Shown one piece after another: positions 30,201-37,478 of a stretch of 64,000 nt of DNA; the first letter of the stretch is position 1, and each line of letters opens with the position of its first letter. Below the pieces are notes generated by a model, which was given only the letters and a program-made list of their open reading frames with translations, did no database searches and was not told the origin of the DNA. The translations under genes were made by a program, and so were the position numbers. The stretch lies in the NCBI GenBank assembly GCA_026395915.1, contig JAPLXU010000020.1, positions 18,729 to 82,728 of the forward strand, read 5' to 3'. The stretch is from Candidatus Nomurabacteria bacterium (GTDB lineage Bacteria > Patescibacteriota > Minisyncoccia > Phycocordibacterales > UBA9973).

Positions 30201-30602
30201 CAACTGGCCTTGGATGTGACGGGCGATGGAACGACTGATTTTATTGTTACCCCAAATTCAGCTTTTGATCCTGTGCTTTTTCTGCAAGTAATGAGAAAAA
30301 CTGTTGATTCTTTTGACATATCTAAACAGCAGAAAAACGCGCTTGAAAAACGAATCGATGATACAATAAAAGCGATACAGAAGGGTAAAATAAATAAAGC
30401 AAAAATAAAAATAGAGCAGTTCAAAAAGATTTTGATAATATATCCGAAAGAAAGTGATAGAGATAGGCGAGAAAGAGAAAGAAGAAATGAACGAGAACAT
30501 GAAAGAGAGCGCAGAGAGCATAGAAAACCGGGACAATTGTCGTCAGCTGATGCGCAGACCTTAATTACGTTATTGAATCAATTATTAGATAATTTGAATT
30601 AG
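27249..30602 (+). CDS. giant secreted protein: parallel beta-helix N-terminal region, LCAT/PGAP1-like alpha/beta-hydrolase (lipase) domain, charged RE-repeat C-terminus (1117 aa)
   Basis: signal peptide; LFLPGIEASRLY and nucleophile elbow VTIVAHSNGGLLA (GxSxG); C-terminal RRERERRNEREHERERREHR. Confidence 0.7.
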   Translation: MSIRKFVFLFSFIIFLSFAPKVFAETHVSGNIDTNTTWSLANSPYVVDNTVIILAGNTLTVEPGVIMKFSSSFGSLEVEGTLDVPGTAKLPIVFTSYKDDNAGGDTNADGTASFPESLDWRGIIFHPNSVGNISHASILFGGQYIFMSSGFVSFPMIRQNGGTLALDNVELSPYTSLVDGLGQTDGNTTIANSQIKNAGNSISISGGALSIHGSVIDGINYALKNDSANMVDAKNNWWSDPSGPTHINNPNGVGGRISGDVSFSPWLNVDPTIALITLSASPDVGFSGDATNASIEPNFGNTGTVFTFKTVYTNSFNQSPTSVRLVITRGDSNAPCQAIGGGGPPQPAFFFKQIFAITAYASEDDGCVMSLDMNSSAILHDGDYANGEQYVIKQKFPVGNYKYRIEADNTRYPETGSFAFQVNEDCCSSILFLPGIEASRLYKQKTALGLLVEDQLWEPNVNSDVEDLYLNIDGTSKNSNIYTRDIIKESNVPIPMGPLGQNIYKSFSNAMDGLVDDEKIGEWKPFAYDWRQSVDDIVNNGTKYQSGNVSLVATLQSLVNSTKNKNGKVTIVAHSNGGLLAKALLKKLQDDKVAGRNNLIDSVDVLILVATPEIGTASAVPVVLHGYDQEIAGGWLMDEVRAREVGRNMLGAFGLLPSREYINRVSASPVTFVDNLIPSNVTTKLVKTFGSAIDSYAEYKSFLFGGEGRINPTISQTNLPISLSQSLFAKTESLHDSIDSFVPPASLRVIEVAGWGLDTIASFEYYPRLDCGSNLCASYILDERPRFTSDGDKTVVVPSAQYMSVNGNAEKYWVDLPVHNRQLPLGLRRNRNHGDILEVTSLNNLIQSVVEKKDIIFDDVLKNSEPADNSNRLRLSIHSPVTLDAYDANGNHTGKICPLTSDFCYKEENIVNSSYVEFGEGKYLNLPEDQMKSIKLQGTDVGTFTYSSEKVLPNGTSITSFFVDIPVTTQTQAQIILNPSTQTPQLALDVTGDGTTDFIVTPNSAFDPVLFLQVMRKTVDSFDISKQQKNALEKRIDDTIKAIQKGKINKAKIKIEQFKKILIIYPKESDRDRRERERRNEREHERERREHRKPGQLSSADAQTLITLLNQLLDNLN

Positions 30603-30603
30603 T

Positions 30604-31017
30604 ATGAAAAAGAAATTTATAATTTTACCAATCTTTTTACTCATTTTAGTTTTTGTTGTTTCTTTGCCGTGTGACAAGCAACTTACATGTAGTGGTCCAC
30701 TTTCAAATTACGTGAATTATCCAGGTTTATGGTTTTTAGTTTTGATTCCCCTCAGTTTGCTAGCTCTCACTCTTAATGACAGAAAGCACAAATTTTGGCT
30801 AAAATTTACAGGTATATTTTTTGCGATATCGATGTTTTTTGTGTTTTTAATTCCAGAAACTGCTAGAGGCATTATGCTCAATCCTGATAGAGAATCCGCT
30901 AATTGGTTTTTTGTTGGTTTGTATTCTTTTATTTCTATAATTTATTTTTTTGTTCAATTTTTTAAAAACAAAAACAAAAATATTCAAGAAAAACCAGAGA
31001 AAAACTATTTTATATAA
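30604..31017 (+). CDS. small 4-TM membrane protein with Cys-x-Cys loop
   Basis: 137 aa; LPCDKQLTCSGP loop after TM1; starts 2 nt after lipase gene stop. Confidence 0.6.
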   Translation: MKKKFIILPIFLLILVFVVSLPCDKQLTCSGPLSNYVNYPGLWFLVLIPLSLLALTLNDRKHKFWLKFTGIFFAISMFFVFLIPETARGIMLNPDRESANWFFVGLYSFISIIYFFVQFFKNKNKNIQEKPEKNYFI

Positions 31018-31318
31018 ATATCGCTAGTGTTGGCGACATCGCGAATTTACTTTATACTCTTGAAGTTCGAGCTGAGGAAATCCCGCTTGATCTAGAGACG
31101 CTTTCTAGTCTGAGAAATAGAATACAATATCTCAATTTCGCTCAAAGTCTGAAGAATGGTTTCTTGAAACGTGTCGAGACGCTTGAAAAGAAAAGGGAAC
31201 TCGCTAAAACGTTGTTAGATTTTTCGAAAAGCATTATGGAAAAAGCCGACAAAGGCAAGATTTCCGATATCGACGCGCAAGGGCTCATTGGTTTATTTAT
31301 TCAAATGCAAAATATGAT

Positions 31319-31744
31319 ATGATTAAAAATATGAGTACAAAAAAAATAACGTTTTTGTTATTAATTGTTTCTTTAGTAGGTTTTGGATTAGGATGTATCT
31401 TAAAAAATTCCACAGAACTTAGTTTGTGCATGGTTAGTGAACCAACTTGCATAAATAATCTTACTTGGATTGGTAATGGTTTTTTCTATGGCATGTCTGC
31501 ATTGTCACTTGTATTTTTTGTATTAATTTTTACCCAAAAAGCTTTTCCTGCATGGAAGAAATTTGCGATTTGGTTTGTGCCTCTAGCGACCCTGCTTTTT
31601 ATTTTTTATCCGAACCCGGGCTCCGGTGATCTCTTTTCTCCGTATCCTGAGCAAGTATTCAAATGGGTGAGTATCTTGTATGTTGTGATAAGCGTTTTGA
31701 TTATTGCGTTCAACAGCAAGAAGCAATCTACTTTAGTTAAGTAA
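31319..31744 (+). CDS. small 4-TM membrane protein, paralog-like of 30604..31017
   Basis: 141 aa; same topology and Cys loop (ELSLCMVSEPTCINNL) after TM1. Confidence 0.6.
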   Translation: MIKNMSTKKITFLLLIVSLVGFGLGCILKNSTELSLCMVSEPTCINNLTWIGNGFFYGMSALSLVFFVLIFTQKAFPAWKKFAIWFVPLATLLFIFYPNPGSGDLFSPYPEQVFKWVSILYVVISVLIIAFNSKKQSTLVK

Positions 31745-32196
31745 AGTGAATTGATTGTACCAAAATTATTTTCAACGGAGACAATGCCTCCAGTTATTTC
31801 GATCCTCGTGAAAGAGGGGAAAATAAAAAAGGAAGGAAAAACCGGCGAAGCTGTTTTTTACACCAAACTCTATTTTTTTTCTTTACTTTTTCCAAGCTCG
31901 AGTATAAAGTGTAGGTGGATATTGTTCTTCAGCTCAAAATTTGGTGATCTGACAAACGTCCCCGGACAAGAGCCAGTTCAAGATCCACGTTGGTAAAGGA
32001 GGTTGCCATTAAAGAGACACACCCCCCTTAGCCTTCATCTTCGTATAAAACTTGGTTGGTGTATCTTCTACACCAATGCGCTGACGCAATGTCACACCGC
32101 AGGGCCTCGGATATCTATCCTTGGCCCCCTTTTTCTTTTTATTCAACTTTTCAATTTTTTCTTTTAATTAATTTTTAACTTTGATACAATAAACTC

Positions 32197-32625
32197 ATGG
32201 AAACACATCCGAGAGTCGGATTGGGAATAGTCATCGTCAACAAAGACGGGAGAGTTTTGGTTGGCAAACGAAAGGGCGGTCATGCCCAAAAATATTCCAT
32301 TCCAGGAGGACATTTGGAAATGGGAGAGACTTTCGAGCAGGCGGCTATCCGAGAGGCGAAAGAGGAAACTAACCTGGACATCTTTGAGCCGAAATTAATT
32401 TGTGTCATAAATGACCTCGAGACATACAGTGAGGAAGGGAAGCACTACGTGTCTGCTGGACTGCTCGCGACAAAATATTCCGGCGAATTGAAAGTTATGG
32501 AACCGGAAAAATGCGAAAGCTGGAGCTGGGTTGATCCAAAAAATCTTCCCGAACCGCACTTCGACGCGAGCCGTATGGAAGTCAAATGTTATTTGAATGG
32601 AAGTTTTTATGAGGTGGTAAAATAG
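32197..32625 (+). CDS. NUDIX hydrolase (MutT-like)
   Basis: Nudix box GGHLEMGETFEQAAIREAKEETNL. Confidence 0.8.
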   Translation: METHPRVGLGIVIVNKDGRVLVGKRKGGHAQKYSIPGGHLEMGETFEQAAIREAKEETNLDIFEPKLICVINDLETYSEEGKHYVSAGLLATKYSGELKVMEPEKCESWSWVDPKNLPEPHFDASRMEVKCYLNGSFYEVVK

Positions 32626-32824
32626 CAAGTATTTTTTTTCTTTACTTTCTCTGGGTGCGGGTGTAAGGTTTAAGTGGATTTCATCTTTTTGCTTGTCGGC
32701 AGTCTAAATAACAATTGAGTATCAAAATCGTAATTCAAAGCAGGAAGATGAAAAGGGGGAAAATGGAGAAAGGAGGAGGCACTCGTAACAGCGGGCGCAT
32801 AAGGCAAAAACGTCTCATGTTTTA

Positions 32825-32853
32825 GCCGGTCCCACAGGGCGACCGGCTTTTTT
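32825..32853 (+). terminator. intrinsic terminator gccggtcccacagggcgaccggc + tttttt
   Basis: perfect 7-bp GC stem plus U-run; 60 nt upstream of small ORF start. Confidence 0.7.
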
Positions 32854-32914
32854 GTTTGTAATTCTTGATAATTTTTCAAATTGCGATATGCTTATGGGGA
32901 AGGAGAACGATGTA

Positions 32915-33016
32915 ATGAAAATAATATTGATTGTTGGAGCGATTGTGCTTGTCGTTGGGTTCGGCGGGATCTATCTTCTTGGGGTCTTGATGGACAAAAT
33001 GGCAGGTCCGCGATAG
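32915..33016 (+). CDS. 33-aa hydrophobic peptide MKIILIVGAIVLVVGFGGIYLLGVLMDKMAGPR
   Basis: RBS aggagaa 6 nt upstream, bracketed by two strong terminators; competes with overlapping 77-aa ORF 32881..33114 that runs through the downstream terminator. Confidence 0.35.
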   Translation: MKIILIVGAIVLVVGFGGIYLLGVLMDKMAGPR

Positions 33017-33043
33017 CTTTGTTTGTTGGTTTTCTTCAAGTGC

Positions 33044-33076
33044 CCCGGCCCACACATTCTGGCCGGGATTTTTTTT
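33044..33076 (+). terminator. intrinsic terminator ccccggcc-cacacattct-ggccggg + tttttttt
   Basis: read directly. Confidence 0.7.
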
Positions 33077-33106
33077 ATAAAAATTTTATGCTAAAATCAA
33101 TAAATA

Positions 33107-36100
33107 ATGGCTGAAAAAGATGAAAAAGGAAAAAGCGACGCCGCCCTGCGCGAAGAGCGGGTTTTGGAGTTTTGGAAAGAAAATAAAATTTTTGAAAAGT
33201 CTCTGAAACAAACCGAGAACGGGAAAGAATATATTTTTTACGAAGGCCCGCCGACGGCAAACGGCAAGCCGGGGATTCATCACTTGGAGGCGCGAGCTTT
33301 CAAGGATGTCATTCCTAGATACAAAACAATGCGCGGTTTTCATGTCCGCCGAAAATGCGGATGGGACACGCATGGTCTGCCAGTGGAGCTTCAGGTAGAA
33401 AAAAAACTCGGACTCAATTCTAAAAAAGCTATCGAAGAATATGGCGTTGCTAAATTTAACCAAGAATGCAAGGAAAGCGTCTGGGAGTATTTGGATATTT
33501 GGAATAAATTCACGAAGCGCATCGGTTTTTGGCTTGATCAAGAGCACCCCTATGTGACTTATCAAAACAATTATATCGAGTCTGTCTGGAATATAATCAA
33601 GAAAGTTAACGGGCAAAAACTTTTATACAAGGATTACAAAGTTGTGCCGTGGTGTCCGAGATGCGGGACGGCTCTCTCTTCGCACGAGCTCGCGCAGGGG
33701 TACGAAGATGTGAAAGATTTGTCGGTTTATGTGAAGTTTCGCGTACTTGGCGGAGGAACTGTCCTCTCGGGGTCGCTGTCTGGGTCTGCTGACCCAGCGC
33801 TCACTCTCGGTTCGTCAGCCTGCGAGAGACCCCGCGACGACAGTTCCTCCGCCGACACTTTTTTCCTTGCTTGGACGACGACGCCTTGGACTCTTCCGGG
33901 TAATGTGGCTCTGGCTGTTGGCAAGGATATTGATTATGTGAAAATATCCGCCAAAGGCGGATCCGCCTCTGGAGGAAAAATCGGAAATGAAATTTATATT
34001 TTAGCAAAGGCTCGGCTTTCGGTAATCACTGAGCCGTTTGAGATCATCGAGGAAATGAAAGGTAAAGATTTAATTGGTTTTGCATACGAACCACTTTTTA
34101 CGTTTCTTGCCGACATTATTTCGGAAAGCGAACCTGTCCGCAATGCTTCAGGCATAACTGATGCAGGCGAAAAACCAAAATTGGAAAAAGCCTACAAAGT
34201 TTACGGCGCGGATTTTGTGAATACGGAAGACGGAACGGGCATCGTGCACACAGCCGTGATGTATGGGCAAGATGATTTCGTGTTGGGGACACAGATTGGT
34301 TTGCCGAAGCATCACCTCGTTGGGCTTGATGGCAAATTCTTAGCGGGGACGGGATTTTTGGAAGGCAGATTTGTGAAAGAAAAAGACGCAAACGGCAAGC
34401 CGACCTTGGATGTGGACATTATTAAATATCTGACTGAGAAAAATCTGTTTTTCAAAAAGGAAAATTATGAGCACTCGTATCCGCATTGTTGGCGATGTCA
34501 CACGGCGCTCATTTACTACGCTCGGGATTCTTGGTATATCCGAATGTCGGATCCGAAAATCAAAGAGAAATTAATCAACGAGAACAAAAAAATAAATTGG
34601 GAGCCGTCCTATATTAAAGACGGGCGTTTCGGTGAATGGTTGAAGGATGTCAAAGATTGGGCAATATCGCGCGAACGATATTGGGGATCGCCACTGCCTG
34701 TCTGGATCTGCGAGTCTTGCAAAAAAGTTGATGTGATCGGAAGCGTAGCTGATTTGAAAGCCAAAACGAAAAAATCCGGCAATAAATATTTTGTGATGAG
34801 ACATGGGGAGGCGGAGAACAATGTCCTTGATATTGTTTCAAGCAATCCAAATAATACTCACCATCTTACGGAAAAAGGAAAGAAACAAATAGAAAAAGCA
34901 GCTCAATTTTTAATTGATAAAAATATCGATATAATTTTTACTTCTACATTTTTACGAGCACGAGAGACATCAGATTTAATCGCTGGAATAATGAAGTTTT
35001 CTCCACAAGATATAAGAACAGATTCAAGATTAATTGAAATAAATGACGGAACTTTTGACAATAAATCTGTAAAGCAAGTTTATGATTTTTTTGTAAATAA
35101 TAATTTAGATAGATATGATACTGGTTGTCAGGGTGGCGAGAGTATAGTTGATGTTAAAAAAAGAGTGGGGGAATTTATTTATGAAATTGATCAAAGATAT
35201 CAAAATAAAAATATATTAATTATTACGCACGAAGATACAGCTTGGGCATTGTTTTCCGTGATTAATGGTTTTAACAAAAAAGAAACAACTCAAGATAAAA
35301 AATATGATTTTATGCTAGATAATGCTCAAATCAGAGAACTTGATTTTGTTCCTATCCCTCATAACGAAAATTATGAACTTGATTTGCACAAGCCTTACAT
35401 TGATGAAGTTAGTCTTGTTTGTGCCCGTTCGACAAGCTCAGGACAAGCTTGCGGTGGAAAATTAATTAGGACAAAAGAGGTGATGGACGTTTGGCTTGAT
35501 TCTGGCGCTATGCCTTTTGCTCAAGATCACTATCCTTTCGAAAATAAAAAATGGGTGGAGGGGAAAGGTTATCCCGCGGATTTTATTTCGGAGGCCATAG
35601 ACCAGACTCGCGGATGGTTTTACACTTTGCATGCTATCGGGACGCTGATGGGGCGGGGGATGGCTTACAAAAATGTCATTTGTCTTGGTCATCTTCTAGA
35701 CGCGTCTGGCAAAAAAATGTCCAAGTCTCTCGGCAACATTGTCGATCCTTGGACGATGATTGAAAAATACGGCGCAGACACGCTTCGCCTATGGATGTAT
35801 TCTGTGAACCAACCGGGCGAATCTAAAAATTTTGACGAGAAGACAGTCAACCTGCTTCATCAGCAAGTTTTCGGTTTGCTTTACAACGTGCTCGCTTTTT
35901 ACGAACTATACAGAGATAAGAACTTAGAGAAGAACCTCACCCCTTCGCCCCTCTCCTTGTTAAGGAGAGGAGTTGGGGAGGGGTCTAACGTTTTGGACAA
36001 ATGGATCTTGGCCAGACTCGATGAATTGACGGAGCTTTCCACAAAAAATCTCGACAGTTATAAACTGCTCGAGCCGGTGAGAGGTATACAAGATTTTATC

Positions 36101-36841
36101 GGAGATCTTTCCACTTGGTATTTGCGTCGTTCGCGTGAACGAATAAAAAATGGCGACCTTGAAGCCAAAGCGACTCTTTATTTTGTTTTGAAAAATCTCG
36201 CGAAAATCATAGCCCCTTTTGCGCCTTTCTCAGCAGAAGATATTTGGCGCCGATTAAAAAATGAAAACGATTCGGAGAGCGTGCATTTGGCGAAGTGGCC
36301 GAACATGTCAAGGACGGTCCTTGACATGTTCGGCAGTAAAAAATCAAAAGTTCTCAAAAACATGGAAAATGTCCGAAAAATCGTGACTCTTGGACTTGAG
36401 GCTCGCCAAAAAGCTGGCATCAAGGTTCGTCAGCCACTTGCCATGCTCACTCTCAAGAATTTAGATTTTCATGAACTTGGTCCAAGTCTGGTTGAACTTA
36501 TAAAAGATGAAATTAATGTTAAAGAAGTAGTTATTGATACAATCATATCAGATGAAGCTATGTTGGATATTGAAATTACTCCGGAACTAAAACAAGAAGG
36601 GAATTATCGCGAGCTGGCGCGGGCGATTCAAGATATGCGTAAAAAGATGGGTCTGACGCCGAGCGATAGAGTTTCTCTCGTTTTTGAAACAGGCGAGGAA
36701 GGCAAAAAGTTAGTCCAAAAATTTGAGACTGAAATGAAAAAAACCATCTTGGCGGCGGAAATAAATTTCGGGCAAAATAACGGCGAGGAAATAAAAGTAG
36801 ACAGTTTGGTGTTCAAGATAAAAATTGGTAAAATAAAATAA
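33107..36841 (+). CDS. ileS: isoleucine--tRNA ligase (type 2) carrying three in-frame insertions including a histidine-phosphatase (PGAM-like) domain
   Basis: HIGH-like PGIHHLEA, AWTTTPWTLP, WAISRERYWGSPLP, KMSKSLGN; 1244 aa, about 200 aa longer than typical. Confidence 0.9.
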   Translation: MAEKDEKGKSDAALREERVLEFWKENKIFEKSLKQTENGKEYIFYEGPPTANGKPGIHHLEARAFKDVIPRYKTMRGFHVRRKCGWDTHGLPVELQVEKKLGLNSKKAIEEYGVAKFNQECKESVWEYLDIWNKFTKRIGFWLDQEHPYVTYQNNYIESVWNIIKKVNGQKLLYKDYKVVPWCPRCGTALSSHELAQGYEDVKDLSVYVKFRVLGGGTVLSGSLSGSADPALTLGSSACERPRDDSSSADTFFLAWTTTPWTLPGNVALAVGKDIDYVKISAKGGSASGGKIGNEIYILAKARLSVITEPFEIIEEMKGKDLIGFAYEPLFTFLADIISESEPVRNASGITDAGEKPKLEKAYKVYGADFVNTEDGTGIVHTAVMYGQDDFVLGTQIGLPKHHLVGLDGKFLAGTGFLEGRFVKEKDANGKPTLDVDIIKYLTEKNLFFKKENYEHSYPHCWRCHTALIYYARDSWYIRMSDPKIKEKLINENKKINWEPSYIKDGRFGEWLKDVKDWAISRERYWGSPLPVWICESCKKVDVIGSVADLKAKTKKSGNKYFVMRHGEAENNVLDIVSSNPNNTHHLTEKGKKQIEKAAQFLIDKNIDIIFTSTFLRARETSDLIAGIMKFSPQDIRTDSRLIEINDGTFDNKSVKQVYDFFVNNNLDRYDTGCQGGESIVDVKKRVGEFIYEIDQRYQNKNILIITHEDTAWALFSVINGFNKKETTQDKKYDFMLDNAQIRELDFVPIPHNENYELDLHKPYIDEVSLVCARSTSSGQACGGKLIRTKEVMDVWLDSGAMPFAQDHYPFENKKWVEGKGYPADFISEAIDQTRGWFYTLHAIGTLMGRGMAYKNVICLGHLLDASGKKMSKSLGNIVDPWTMIEKYGADTLRLWMYSVNQPGESKNFDEKTVNLLHQQVFGLLYNVLAFYELYRDKNLEKNLTPSPLSLLRRGVGEGSNVLDKWILARLDELTELSTKNLDSYKLLEPVRGIQDFIGDLSTWYLRRSRERIKNGDLEAKATLYFVLKNLAKIIAPFAPFSAEDIWRRLKNENDSESVHLAKWPNMSRTVLDMFGSKKSKVLKNMENVRKIVTLGLEARQKAGIKVRQPLAMLTLKNLDFHELGPSLVELIKDEINVKEVVIDTIISDEAMLDIEITPELKQEGNYRELARAIQDMRKKMGLTPSDRVSLVFETGEEGKKLVQKFETEMKKTILAAEINFGQNNGEEIKVDSLVFKIKIGKIK
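33759..33852. repeat. 94-bp GC-rich compound palindrome (ggcggaggaactgtc ... gacagttcctccgcc) in-frame in ileS just before AWTTTPWTLP
   Basis: outer 15-bp perfect inverted repeat plus inner ctgggtc/acccag hairpin; encodes GGGTVLSGSLSGSADPALTLGSSACERPRDDSSSAD. Confidence 0.8.
34781..35380 (+). other. inserted histidine phosphatase (phosphoglycerate-mutase-like) domain within ileS; AT-rich relative to rest of gene
   Basis: RHGEAENN (RHG motif), LTEKGKKQ, TSTFLRARETS, ILIITHEDTAW; lies between WICESCKKVDVIGS and LDLHKPYIDEV which are normally about 45 aa apart. Confidence 0.65.
35936..35984. repeat. GC-rich hairpin cccctctccttgttaaggagagg with G/C-rich flanks, in-frame in ileS (encodes TPSPLSLLRRGVGEGS)
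   Basis: palindrome read directly; same ctctcct/aggagag core as elements at 56461 and 62019. Confidence 0.75.
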
Positions 36842-36857
36842 ATAAAGGTATCGCTTT

Positions 36858-36868
36858 CTGCTATCGCA
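36858..36868 (+). promoter_or_regulatory. 11-mer ctgctatcgca upstream of regulator gene 36884; second copy at 37402
   Basis: exact 11-mer shared by the two promoter regions flanking the regulator gene. Confidence 0.4.
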
Positions 36869-36883
36869 GAATTTGCTACCTTT

Positions 36884-37381
36884 GTGGGATTATTATATAA
36901 TAGGCTTATGTCAATCATCCTTGATATTTTAGAAGAACTAAATCATAGCAATCTTCGTTACAAGGGAATGCATGTAAATTTGCTTGGCATACCTAAATTA
37001 TCTTCATATAAATATGAATCTCTTAAATCTGGAATTAGTAAATTAAAAAAGAAGCAATATATAACCAAAAACAATTCCGGCTGGATAATGACACCCAAAG
37101 GGAAGAAATATTTTGAAAGAAAATATAATTCCTTAACACAATTTGATTCTCCTTTTTCAAAAAATAATTCTAAAAATTTGCTTGTCATGTTTGATATACC
37201 AGAGGTAAAAAAAGCGGAGAGGGAATGGTTCAGGTGGCATCTCAAAAAGTTCAATTATATCATGATCCAGAAAAGTGTCTGGCGAGGACCTTCTCCTTTA
37301 CCTAAAGAGTTTCTTGATTATGTGAAAAAGATAGGACTTCGGAAAAACTTAAAAATGCTTAAGATATCTAAAACTTATTAG
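36884..37381 (+). CDS. winged-helix regulator with C-terminal Cas2/PaaX_C-like signature (165 aa)
   Basis: C-terminal LLVMFDIPEVKKAEREWFRWHLKKFNYIMIQKSVWRGP (hhh-FDIPE ... R ... L ... GF ... QxSVW); paralog at 44039. Confidence 0.55.
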   Translation: MGLLYNRLMSIILDILEELNHSNLRYKGMHVNLLGIPKLSSYKYESLKSGISKLKKKQYITKNNSGWIMTPKGKKYFERKYNSLTQFDSPFSKNNSKNLLVMFDIPEVKKAEREWFRWHLKKFNYIMIQKSVWRGPSPLPKEFLDYVKKIGLRKNLKMLKISKTY

Positions 37382-37401
37382 TAATAAAAAGGTACCAAAC
37401 T

Positions 37402-37412
37402 CTGCTATCGCA
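37402..37412 (+). promoter_or_regulatory. second copy of ctgctatcgca, between ggtacc inverted repeats, upstream of 2H/MBL gene pair
   Basis: read directly; followed by -10-like tatggtaaaat. Confidence 0.4.
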
Positions 37413-37478
37413 AAAAATGGTACCTGTGATACCTTTAAGTGTTTTTCTTGATTTTTAGTTTTATGGTAAAATAGAATT

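Noticed and set aside
31751-31996. 81-aa ORF in the long intergenic gap
   Set aside because: Low-complexity hydrophobic/odd sequence, no RBS, no terminator relationship; region more likely non-coding.
32881-33114. 77-aa TTG-start ORF overlapping the 33-aa peptide gene
   Set aside because: Reads straight through a strong intrinsic terminator hairpin (encoding QVPRPTHSGRDFF) and into the ileS promoter; the short ORF bracketed by terminators with an RBS is more plausible, though neither is proven.
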